Below are positions 47,045 through 55,712 of a DNA stretch of 64,000 nucleotides, piece by piece. Numbering within the stretch: the first letter of the stretch is position 1; each line of letters opens with the position of its first letter. The stretch is taken from the NCBI GenBank assembly GCA_039195135.1, contig JBCCVP010000002.1, forward strand, positions 11,841-75,840. Reading direction: 5' to 3'. The stretch is from Pseudomonadota bacterium (GTDB lineage: Bacteria > Pseudomonadota > Gammaproteobacteria > Xanthomonadales > SZUA-38). The translations under genes were made by a program, and so were the position numbers. Under the pieces are notes generated by a model. It was not told the DNA's origin. It did not search any database and saw nothing but the letters and a program-made list of their open reading frames with translations.

Positions 47045-48439
47045 ATGTTGAGCGAATCCCCGGATTCCGGTCACGGCAGCGCGCCAGCGGAGAATCCGCC
47101 CACGCGGAATGACGACCGCCTGGCATGGCGCGCTTTGCAGATGATCTTTGCCCAGAACGGACCCGCCACCGCCGGCGGTGCCGCCTGCTTTGTGATGGTG
47201 TGCATCGCATTCTGGTACGTGGTGCCCGGCTGGGTGTTGATCGGCTGGGCGATCGCTTATGGCCTGGTCGTTTCCTATCGCTATCTGCGGATGGCCGAGT
47301 ACGCCAAGACCCGGACACGGGATCCAGAGAAACTGGAGTCCTGGCTGACACGCATGGACCGGATGCAGCTGATGACCGGCGCGCTTTGGGGGGCGCTGCT
47401 GGCCCATCTGACGATGATCGGCAATGCCGGTCAGCTGGTGGTGGTCACCATCCTGATGACCGGACTGGTGACCGGCGGACTGCTGGCCTATTCCTCCCGG
47501 GAAAAAACGTTCGTGCTCTTCTCGTCCGCCATGAGCCTGCCGGTGATGGCCGGCATGCTCGCCCGGCCGGAGCCTCTTTACTTTGCCGCCGCCCTGGTGG
47601 GGCTGTGGTTCGTGTTTCTTAAATCTTGCGCCGGGAAGTTCAGCGAGTTCTACCTCCACTCGGTCACCCTGTCGCTGGAGAATAAGGACCTGGCCCGGGA
47701 TCTTGAGCAACGCAACGCCCAGGTCACCGAGCTCAACGCAGCGCTTGAGGAAAAGGTGCAGCAGCTTGGCGAAGCCAACGAACGGCTGCTCGAGGAACAG
47801 GACCGCATCGTGGCGTTTGCCTCGGAGCTGGATCGGCTCAGCACCACCGACTCCCTCACCGGCATCCCTAATCGGCGTCGTTTTGAACTGGTGCTGGAGC
47901 GCACCTGGGACAAGGCGATCCGGCATCGCCAGCCCATCGCGCTGATCCTGCTGGACATCGACCACTTCAAACCCTTCAACGATCATTATGGTCACCGCAG
48001 CGGCGACGATTGCCTGACGCGGGTGGCGCAGATCCTCGTGGCCACCGCCGGCCCCGACGCCACCGTGGCGCGCTACGGGGGAGAAGAGTTTGTCGTGATC
48101 CTGGCGGACACGGGGCTGAAGCAGGCCAGCGACGTCAGCCACGCGCTGGTGCAGGCGGTTACCGACGCGGGTATTCCCCACGAGGCCAGCGGGACCGGCT
48201 TGCCTCACGTTACCGTCAGCGCCGGCCTGGCGGTGCACCGCCCCACGTACAGCTGCAGCTCCGCCGAGCTGATCGAAAACGCGGACGCGGCGCTCTACCA
48301 GGCCAAAGATCGCGGCCGCAATCAGGTCGCCAGCGCGCAGACCGCCGGCCGTATCTCGCTGGATCCGCCGAAACAGATCGAACTCGACGACGGCTGGCCG
48401 GGGGATTACCGCCGCCGGGCCGAGGGCAAGCCCCGCTAG
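47045..48439 (+). CDS. membrane-bound diguanylate cyclase (N-terminal multi-TM sensor region, coiled coil, GGDEF domain)
   Basis: ATG 47045. Five to six TM helices, a coiled coil (LENKDLARDLEQRNAQVTELNAALEEKVQQL), then the GGDEF domain DSLTGIPNRR...LDIDHFKPFNDHYGH...RYGGEEF. Confidence 0.9.
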   Translation: MLSESPDSGHGSAPAENPPTRNDDRLAWRALQMIFAQNGPATAGGAACFVMVCIAFWYVVPGWVLIGWAIAYGLVVSYRYLRMAEYAKTRTRDPEKLESWLTRMDRMQLMTGALWGALLAHLTMIGNAGQLVVVTILMTGLVTGGLLAYSSREKTFVLFSSAMSLPVMAGMLARPEPLYFAAALVGLWFVFLKSCAGKFSEFYLHSVTLSLENKDLARDLEQRNAQVTELNAALEEKVQQLGEANERLLEEQDRIVAFASELDRLSTTDSLTGIPNRRRFELVLERTWDKAIRHRQPIALILLDIDHFKPFNDHYGHRSGDDCLTRVAQILVATAGPDATVARYGGEEFVVILADTGLKQASDVSHALVQAVTDAGIPHEASGTGLPHVTVSAGLAVHRPTYSCSSAELIENADAALYQAKDRGRNQVASAQTAGRISLDPPKQIELDDGWPGDYRRRAEGKPR

Positions 48440-48492
48440 TCCGGAATTCGGGGTGGTCGTTCTCGCGGGAGGTTCGGCATTTGCCGGCAGCG

Positions 48493-49239
48493 CTACGCGC
48501 GATATTGACGGTAAATGTCGCGCACGTAATTCAGCGACGGGCGCACCGCCCAGCCTTTCACATCCTCGGCGATGGCTGGCGGCAGCACCACGTCCGCATA
48601 CTCCGGGTGGTTATCCGGATCCACCAGCGGCGCCAGCAGGCTGGCGGCGGCAAGATCGGCGCGACTGAAGGTATCGCCCAGCAGCACTTTCCTGCCGTCG
48701 CTGAGCAGCCCATCCAGCCAGTCCAGCTCCGTTTCCAAAATCGCTTTTGAGTCCAGACGCTGCTCCGGTCCCAGGTCCATGGCCTTGATCATAAGCTTGC
48801 GGATGGTGCTCCATCCCAGACGCACCTTCAGGTTTTCCAGCAGCGGCTGGCGGCGCAGAAAAATCGGCCGCACGGTTTCGGAGTGATTCACCAGCGCCTC
48901 GGAGTAGAAGTAGCGGCGCACGTGAATGCCGATCTTTTCATCAAGGCGCTTTTCGATGGCCAGCGCCTCCGACCGGTTTTGCGCACTGCTCAGTGCCGGA
49001 CCGCGTGCTTCCCGCTCCTCCGCCCAACTGACGATATCCGCTGACCCCTGAAGCACCGCTTCGCCGGTTTCCATCATGGGCAGCGCGCCCCGCTTGAAGC
49101 CGAGAGACCGGGCCTTCTTGATGTGCGCCCCGGGCGCCAGCGTACTCAGCGTGTAATCGATGCCCCGGTAGTCCAGCGCCCAGCGGGCTTTCTCGCAGTA
49201 GTGGGAGATGGCAAAGATGTGGAGGACAGGTTTTGACAT
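48493..49239 (-). CDS. glutathione S-transferase family protein
   Basis: Start re-called to ATG 49239. The N-terminal thioredoxin-like half is LHIFAISHYCEKARWALDYRGIDY...LPMMETGEAVLQGSADIVSW. Confidence 0.78.
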   Translation of the reverse strand: MSKPVLHIFAISHYCEKARWALDYRGIDYTLSTLAPGAHIKKARSLGFKRGALPMMETGEAVLQGSADIVSWAEEREARGPALSSAQNRSEALAIEKRLDEKIGIHVRRYFYSEALVNHSETVRPIFLRRQPLLENLKVRLGWSTIRKLMIKAMDLGPEQRLDSKAILETELDWLDGLLSDGRKVLLGDTFSRADLAAASLLAPLVDPDNHPEYADVVLPPAIAEDVKGWAVRPSLNYVRDIYRQYRA

Positions 49240-49356
49240 GGGCGTGCGCGGCCGGTTGTTGGGACAATCCAGCGCAGTATCCCACAGGCCCCGCGGGGTT
49301 TGCTCACGGCCGGGGCGACTGCGATCATGGGCGCCCCCCAAAACGCCGGAAAGGTC

Positions 49357-51402
49357 ATGCGACGACTGTTTCTATTCCTGATTTTGCCCACCGCCGTGCT
49401 CGCGGCCGAGGCCGACCCAACTGCCTTCACCGGGCTGGATGTCTTTGAGCTGGAGGTTGCGGCGGACCCGCAGGTCGCGCCGGACGGCTCCCGCATTGCC
49501 TACACCCGCCGGTCCATGAACGTGATGGTCGATCGGCCGGTATCACAGATCTGGATCATCGATGTGGACGGCGACCGGCACCGCCCGCTGGTGACCGGCC
49601 CGGCCTCCTACAGCAGCCCCCGCTGGTCGCCGTCCGGGGATCGCCTCGCGTACGTCAGCAATGTCGAGGGTCGGGGTCCACAGATCCACGTTCGCTGGAT
49701 GGATACCGGGCAGACGGCGGTGGTGACCAACGTGCGCTCCGCGCCGGGTTCGGTCACCTGGTCGCCGGATGGTCGGCAGCTGGCTTTCAGCCGGTTTGTG
49801 GAGGCGGACGGTAAGCCGCTCGCAAGTCCGCCGAAGAAGCCGGAAGGCGCCAAGTGGGCACCGCCAGTAAAGGTCATCGACCGGATGCCCTATCGCTTTG
49901 ACGGCGCCGGCTATCTGGACCCGGGTTTTAATCAGGTGTTTGTGGTTTCCGCGGAGGGCGGCACGCCGCGGCAGCTGACGCAGGGAAACTACAATCATGG
50001 CGGCCGCCTGGCCTGGACCAGCGATGGGGCGCGGCTGATCCTGGCCGCCAACCGGCAGCCCGACGCCAACCATGACCCGGTGGAGAGCGAGCTGTGGTCG
50101 GTGGACGTTGCCAGCGGCGAGATGACCGCCCTGACCGACCGGAACGGACCGGACACAGCGCCGACAATCTCGCCCGGGGGAGACACCGTCGCTTACCTGG
50201 GATTTAATGACCGGCGCCTGGGGTACCAGTCCCCGGACGTCTACCTGCTGGATTTAGGCGACCGCACGTCCCGCAACCTGACGGAGACCTTTGACCGGCA
50301 GATTGACGACGTCCAGTGGGCCGGCCGCAACCGCCTGATGATCCAGTACGACGACCGCGGCCAGACCCACCTGGCCACGCTGACGCTCGACGGCACGATC
50401 ACCGAGGTGACCAACGATGTGGGCGGGGTAGCCCTGGGCCGCCCGTACACCTCCGGCGGATTTATGGTCAACCGCGGCGGCGTCTTCGCCTACACCGCCG
50501 GGCGGCCTGACCGGCCGGCAGACCTCGCCGCCGGCCGCCGCGGCAAGGTCCAGCGCCTGACGGATCTGAACGAAGACGCGCTGGGTCACAAGCAGCTCGC
50601 CGCCATCGAGGAGGTCACCTGGCCGTCAAAAGACGGCAAGTACGAAGTTCAGGGCTGGATCGCCAAACCGGCCGGCTTTGATCCGGAGCGGCGCTACCCG
50701 ATGATCCTGGAGATCCACGGCGGACCGTTTGCCGCCTACGGACCCCAGTTTTCCCCGGAGGTACAGCTGTTTGCCACCGCCGGCTATCTGGTTTTCTACG
50801 CCAACCCGCGGGGATCCACCAGCTACGGGGACGCGTTTGCCAACGAAATCCATCACAACTACCCCAATGAGGACTACGACGATCTCATGGCCGGCGTCGA
50901 TACGCTCATTGAGCGCGGCCTGGTGGACCCGGACCGGCTGTTTGTCACCGGCGGCTCCGGCGGCGGGGTGCTCACCTCCTGGATCGTCGGCAAAACCCAG
51001 CGGTTCCGCGCCGCCGTGGTGGCCAAACCGGTGATCAACTGGATCAGTTTTACGCTCACCGCGGACGGCACTCACTTTTTCACCCGCTACTGGTTTGAGA
51101 AATTTCCCTGGGATGACCCGATGGCCTACTGGAAGCGGTCGCCGCTTTCGCTCGTGGGCAACGTCACTACCCCCACGGCCCTGCTGACCGGCGAAGCCGA
51201 CTACCGCACGCCGATCTCCGAGTCGGAGCAGTACTACCAGGCGCTTAAGCTGAGAAAGGTGGACACGGCGCTGATCCGCATTCCCGAAGCCTCCCACGGC
51301 ATCGCCGCGCGGCCATCCCATCTGATTGCCAAGATCGACAACATCGTGGCCTGGTTCGGCCGCTACGACGAGCAGCCGGAGGCCGCCGGGGAGGACGGTT
51401 GA
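49357..51402 (+). CDS. secreted S9 family serine peptidase (TolB-like propeller + prolyl oligopeptidase catalytic domain)
   Basis: Start re-called to ATG 49357. Signal peptide MRRLFLFLILPTAVLAA. PD40-type blades (PRWSPSGDRLAYVS, VTWSPDGRQLAFS). Catalytic triad context GGSGGG ... EASHG. Confidence 0.9.
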   Translation: MRRLFLFLILPTAVLAAEADPTAFTGLDVFELEVAADPQVAPDGSRIAYTRRSMNVMVDRPVSQIWIIDVDGDRHRPLVTGPASYSSPRWSPSGDRLAYVSNVEGRGPQIHVRWMDTGQTAVVTNVRSAPGSVTWSPDGRQLAFSRFVEADGKPLASPPKKPEGAKWAPPVKVIDRMPYRFDGAGYLDPGFNQVFVVSAEGGTPRQLTQGNYNHGGRLAWTSDGARLILAANRQPDANHDPVESELWSVDVASGEMTALTDRNGPDTAPTISPGGDTVAYLGFNDRRLGYQSPDVYLLDLGDRTSRNLTETFDRQIDDVQWAGRNRLMIQYDDRGQTHLATLTLDGTITEVTNDVGGVALGRPYTSGGFMVNRGGVFAYTAGRPDRPADLAAGRRGKVQRLTDLNEDALGHKQLAAIEEVTWPSKDGKYEVQGWIAKPAGFDPERRYPMILEIHGGPFAAYGPQFSPEVQLFATAGYLVFYANPRGSTSYGDAFANEIHHNYPNEDYDDLMAGVDTLIERGLVDPDRLFVTGGSGGGVLTSWIVGKTQRFRAAVVAKPVINWISFTLTADGTHFFTRYWFEKFPWDDPMAYWKRSPLSLVGNVTTPTALLTGEADYRTPISESEQYYQALKLRKVDTALIRIPEASHGIAARPSHLIAKIDNIVAWFGRYDEQPEAAGEDG

Positions 51403-51432
51403 TGCGCAGCGGCGGCACCAGCGGCTGACGCC

Positions 51433-52680
51433 TCAGGGTGGGCTGTCTTGCGTCGCCTCCGGCGGGGGCGGCGCGGGACGACAGACCAGCAGGTAAAGCG
51501 CCACCGCGAGCAGCGAAAAGCCGGCGGCCACCACAAAAGGTGCGCCGGGAAAATAAAGTCCCTTGTCGTCCGCCGCGAGGGTAAACAGGCCGTTGTAAAC
51601 CACCGGCGCCAGAATCATCGCCACGCTGACAAGCGCCGACAGGCCACCCTGCAGTTCGCCCTGGGCATCCTCGGGCACCCGCGCCGACATGTCCTGACGA
51701 ATGGCCGGGTCCTGCATCATGGAAATCAGCGCCAACGTCACCATCCCGTAGACGAACCAGGTCTGGGTGGCAAAGCCGATACCCGCAAGCGCCACCGCCT
51801 CCACCGCCAGCGCAATCCAGATGGCGTGGCGAACGCCCAGCCGGGGCAGCAGGAACTGAATCACCAGCGCCTGGGAAATAAACGCGATGACGCCGTAGTA
51901 GGCAATCGAATACCCCACCTGGGACTCGGTCCACGCAAACTTCTCTATTGCCACGTAGGCCCAGACGGTGGGATACACCCAGGTTGACAGCGCAGCGAGG
52001 AAAAACACCGGGAGCAGGGCACCCACCCCTGGCGTACGAAACAGCCGCAGCAGCGTGCCGAAGGTATTGGCCCGGGCCCACTCAAAGGGACGTCGCTTGG
52101 CCTCGGGCAGAGACTCCCGAACCACAAAATAGCCGTACAGCGCGTTTGCCAGCGCCAGTGCCGCTCCCGCGTAGAAGGGCAGCCGGACGTCGATGTCCCC
52201 AAGTATCCCGCCGATGCCGGGGCCAAAAATAAAGCCCGCGCCAAAGGCGGCGCCCAGCATCGCAAAACGCGTACCCCGTTTATCCGCCGGGGTTACGTCC
52301 GCCACGTAGGCATTGGTGGTGGAAAACGTGGACGCAAAGATGCCGGCAAACGCCCGCAGCAGCACAAACCCCCAGATGGTGCCGACAAACCCGAGAATGA
52401 ACAGATCAATGGCAAACGCGGACAGGGAGATGAGCAGCACCGGCCGGCGTCCGAAGCGGTCGGAAAGCGCGCCGACCACCGGTGAAAACACAAACTGCAT
52501 GACCGCGTAAACCACCAGCGCCAGCCCGCCCCAGCGGGATGCGTCGGCGATATCGCCGCCGGAAATCTCCATAATCAGCGCCGGCATCACCGGCGTGGTG
52601 AGACCGATCCCCATGGAGTTGATAAACGCGGTCACCATGAGAAAAACAAATGCCGCGCTGGTTGGCGGCGCTTCGGCCAT
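51433..52680 (-). CDS. MFS transporter (TetA/TCR-like drug:H+ antiporter family)
   Basis: 12 TM helices. Motif A-like GALSDRFGRRPVLLISL. N-terminus resembles the TCR/TetA family. Confidence 0.9.
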   Translation of the reverse strand: MAEAPPTSAAFVFLMVTAFINSMGIGLTTPVMPALIMEISGGDIADASRWGGLALVVYAVMQFVFSPVVGALSDRFGRRPVLLISLSAFAIDLFILGFVGTIWGFVLLRAFAGIFASTFSTTNAYVADVTPADKRGTRFAMLGAAFGAGFIFGPGIGGILGDIDVRLPFYAGAALALANALYGYFVVRESLPEAKRRPFEWARANTFGTLLRLFRTPGVGALLPVFFLAALSTWVYPTVWAYVAIEKFAWTESQVGYSIAYYGVIAFISQALVIQFLLPRLGVRHAIWIALAVEAVALAGIGFATQTWFVYGMVTLALISMMQDPAIRQDMSARVPEDAQGELQGGLSALVSVAMILAPVVYNGLFTLAADDKGLYFPGAPFVVAAGFSLLAVALYLLVCRPAPPPPEATQDSPP

Positions 52681-52778
52681 GGCTTCGTTCGGCGCTGTCT
52701 CGCTAATGGCAGTTTCCCGGATGGCTAAGGTCGGCCGGAGATGCTCGGCCGCGCAGGATGGACTCAGGAGAATAGCAC

Positions 52779-52808
52779 CGGCCCGGGCAAACCGGGACCG
52801 CTTTTGTT
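52779..52808 (+). terminator. orphan terminator-like hairpin in a divergent intergenic region
   Basis: CGGCCCGG (52779-86), loop gcaaa, CCGGGACCG (52792-800; one bulged base), followed by cTTTTgTTg. No + strand gene lies upstream of it within the intergenic region. Confidence 0.3.
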
Positions 52809-52962
52809 GCGATTTCCGGTCGGCCGGCGGCGTTCATGCCTCCGGCGGGTCGAGCAAGAGGGTCGAGATAAAGTCCTGCGGCCGTACCACCAGAACCGAG
52901 CGATTTGCCAAGCTCCGGGGCAAAGTGGTTTGGTACACTGCCGGGGGGCGAGGAGGAGCCTT

Positions 52963-53754
52963 ATGACTGTGCTGCTAAGACCCGCTTTTCTTCTGCTTTG
53001 CCTGGCACCAGTTCCCGTTACCCAGGCGTCCATCACCAGCGGCTTCGGCGCGGTGGCGGACGTGGGCTTTTTCGACGACTGCCGCACCCTTTGCCTGCGA
53101 CCGGGCGGGCTCACCGACCAGACCGTGAACGGCGGAGAGTTTTCCACCGGCACCGCCATCACGCTGACCTACAACCCCGCCCAAAGGGGCTTTGCGGCCG
53201 CCTCGTTTACCGGCGACGTGTTCAGCCCGGTGCTGCGGTCGAGCTCCCGCACGCCCGTGGACGCCGGCAACGCGATCGATGCCATCGCCACCGCGGTGCA
53301 GGGCTACACCTATCTTGGGGCTGCACCGGCGGACTACTCGGTACAGGTATCGTTAAGCGGCACCGTGGCGCAGCCGGCAAGCAACTCCGAAGGAGTGATT
53401 CGCGGTCGGGCCGCGGTGTACAGATACGAAAACGCCCGCTTCAGCACCGACTTTTCTTCTTTCATCCTGGAGGAAGTAGCCAGCGAGGGCGAAGTGCTGG
53501 CCACGGCCCAGCTGTTCTTGCTGCCAACTCTGGATCTGAGCCAGGGCACGCTGGACTTCACCCTGAATCCCGGCGACGAAGTCTACGTCTGGATGCAGCT
53601 CAGCACCAAAAGTGAGCGCGGCGCCGTGGTGGACGCGACCAACACCTTCGACCTCACATTCACCGCTGGCGATGTGTCGATGCTCGGCGCCCAGGTTGTG
53701 GACGGGGTCGACCCCGTCAATCTGTTTGCAGACGGGTTTGAGGAAGCGGACTGA
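52963..53754 (+). CDS. secreted hypothetical protein ending in an LFADGFE motif
   Basis: Start re-called to ATG 52963, 6 nt after aggagga. Signal peptide MTVLLRPAFLLLCLAPVPVTQA. No recognisable domain. Confidence 0.6.
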   Translation: MTVLLRPAFLLLCLAPVPVTQASITSGFGAVADVGFFDDCRTLCLRPGGLTDQTVNGGEFSTGTAITLTYNPAQRGFAAASFTGDVFSPVLRSSSRTPVDAGNAIDAIATAVQGYTYLGAAPADYSVQVSLSGTVAQPASNSEGVIRGRAAVYRYENARFSTDFSSFILEEVASEGEVLATAQLFLLPTLDLSQGTLDFTLNPGDEVYVWMQLSTKSERGAVVDATNTFDLTFTAGDVSMLGAQVVDGVDPVNLFADGFEEAD

Positions 53755-53767
53755 CGACCGCTGCTGA

Positions 53768-55030
53768 TCAGGCCCGGCCGGCGTCTTCCGTCGCCGGATC
53801 AAACCGCTGCATCCAGTCCGCAAGGTCAGTCCCGCTGGGCTGCTGATACGCCTTCAATCCAAACTCGTCAAGAATCGCCAGCAGGTGATCAAACAGATCT
53901 CCCTGAATCGCCTCGTAATCGCCCCAGGCGGTGGTGCTGGTAAAGCAGTAAAGCTCGATGGGGATACCGTCCGCCGCCGGCGCCAGCTGGCGCACCAGCA
54001 GCGTCATGTCCTTGCGGATCGAGGGGTGGTGGTCTAAATAGTTCGCCACGTAGGCGCGGAACGTGCCGAGGTTGGTCAGGCGCCGCAGGTTCACCTCGTC
54101 GTCCACCGGCAGCTCGAGCGCCGCGTTGTAGCGCTCGAGCTCCTCCCTTTTCCGGTCGATGTAGTCCCGCAGGAGCGCAAAGCGGCGAAAGTGCTCAATC
54201 TCGTCCGGCGTTAAGAACCGAACGCTCTGCATGTCGATGGTGATAGACCGCTTGATGCGCCGGCCGCCGGACTCGGACATCCCGCGCCAGTTTCGGAACG
54301 AGTCGGCGATGAGCTTGTGGGTTGGGATCGTGGTGATGGTTTTATCCCAGTTCTGCACTCGGATCGTGTGCAATGCCACGTCGATCACGTCACCGTCGGC
54401 GTTGTACTGGGGCATCTCGATCCAGTCGCCCCGGCGCACCATGTCGTTACCGGACAGCTGAATGGAGGCCACCAGCGACAAAATGGTGTCGCGGAATACC
54501 AGCAGCAGCACCGCCGTCAGCGCGCCGAAGCCCGACAGCAGAATCACCGGCGACTTATTGATCAGCGCCGAGACCACTAAAATGGCGCCGAGGCAGTACA
54601 GCACAATCTTGGCCACCTGCACGTAGCCTTTGATCGGTCGCCGCACCGCCTCCGGCCGCAGCTCGTAGATGCTGTTGGCGGTGGACAGCAGCGCGCTCAC
54701 CGCCATCACCAGCGCAATCACCGCGTAGGCGGCGCTGACGTTAGTGAGAATGGTCGCCGCCAGCTCCGGCAGGCCCGGCACCAGGCTGACGCCGACGTAC
54801 ACCACACCGGCCGGAAGCACGTGAGCAATGCGGGCAAAAAATCGATGCTCGATCAGAAAGTCGTCCCAGCGCGTGGCGGTGGCCCGGGCAATACCGCGGG
54901 CGCCGCGCACCAGCAGCGACTTGGCAATGACGTCGACGATGGCGCCTACCAGCAGCAGCAAAGCCACCCCAGCGGTGGGAAGCAGGGCCGGATGAATCGC
55001 GTTCAGCGCTTCGCTGATCTGTTCGTACAT
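53768..55030 (-). CDS. mechanosensitive ion channel family protein (MscS / YbdG-like)
   Basis: N-terminal TM helices. MscS core: GDWIEMPQYNADGDVIDVALHTIRVQNWDKTITTIPTHKLIADSFRNWRGM. Confidence 0.9.
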   Translation of the reverse strand: MYEQISEALNAIHPALLPTAGVALLLLVGAIVDVIAKSLLVRGARGIARATATRWDDFLIEHRFFARIAHVLPAGVVYVGVSLVPGLPELAATILTNVSAAYAVIALVMAVSALLSTANSIYELRPEAVRRPIKGYVQVAKIVLYCLGAILVVSALINKSPVILLSGFGALTAVLLLVFRDTILSLVASIQLSGNDMVRRGDWIEMPQYNADGDVIDVALHTIRVQNWDKTITTIPTHKLIADSFRNWRGMSESGGRRIKRSITIDMQSVRFLTPDEIEHFRRFALLRDYIDRKREELERYNAALELPVDDEVNLRRLTNLGTFRAYVANYLDHHPSIRKDMTLLVRQLAPAADGIPIELYCFTSTTAWGDYEAIQGDLFDHLLAILDEFGLKAYQQPSGTDLADWMQRFDPATEDAGRA

Positions 55031-55090
55031 GGGAAGCCCGGGCGGTCGGAAACCGCGCTATTGTATCGCTGAAGGGACCTGCCGTTGACT

Positions 55091-55627
55091 ATGCTCATCG
55101 CGTTTAACAAACCCTGCGGCGTGCTTTGCCAGTTCTCCGGCGAGGGGGCAACGCTAGCGGACTATATCGATGTACCCGGCGTCTATCCCGCCGGCCGGCT
55201 CGATAAAGAGTCCGAGGGATTGCTGCTGCTCACCGACGACGGCAGCCTGCAGGCGCGCATCAGCTCACCCCGCTTCAAGCAGCCCAAAACCTACTGGGTG
55301 CTGGTGGAGCGGGTGCCGACGGAGGCCGCGTTGCAAAACCTGCGACAAGGCGTGCCGCTGAAAGACGGTCTGACCCGACCGGCGCAGGCCCGGCGCATAC
55401 TTGCCCCGCCCAATCTCTGGCCCCGGGACCCGCCGGTGCGGCAGCGCAAGAACGTCGAAGACGTCTGGCTGGAGATCATCCTGCGGGAGGGTCGAAACCG
55501 ACAGATCCGGCGCATGACCGCCGCGGTCGGGCACCCGACGCTGCGGCTGGTGCGGTACGCAATCGGCACCCGGACCGTTGCGGGCCTGGCGCCGGGGCAA
55601 TGGCGGGAGATCAACCCGCACGGCTGA
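55091..55627 (+). CDS. rluE: rRNA pseudouridine synthase, RsuA/RluE family (no S4 domain; RluE-like)
   Basis: ATG 55091 (the track start at 55085 is TTG). Motifs: FNKPCGVLCQF, catalytic AGRLDKESEGLLLLTDDG, KTYWVLV, GRNRQIRRM. Confidence 0.8.
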   Translation: MLIAFNKPCGVLCQFSGEGATLADYIDVPGVYPAGRLDKESEGLLLLTDDGSLQARISSPRFKQPKTYWVLVERVPTEAALQNLRQGVPLKDGLTRPAQARRILAPPNLWPRDPPVRQRKNVEDVWLEIILREGRNRQIRRMTAAVGHPTLRLVRYAIGTRTVAGLAPGQWREINPHG

Positions 55628-55712
55628 GGAGCCAGTGCCGCACTCGGGGCGCGTTGGCGCGGTGCCAGGGCGCGTGCTATACCTTTTGAGGGCAGGGAGC
55701 GGGAAGCAGTCC

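Noticed and set aside
55578-55712. ATG-initiated N-terminal extension of the giant ORF. Analogous extensions occur at 699-842, 10085-10159, 11038-11187, 18932-19102, 45159-45389, 49300-49356 and 52741-52962.
   Set aside because: The extensions overlap upstream genes or encode Arg/Gly/Pro-rich sequence ahead of an obvious signal peptide or conserved N-terminus. Internal starts have better RBS placement or stop/start coupling.
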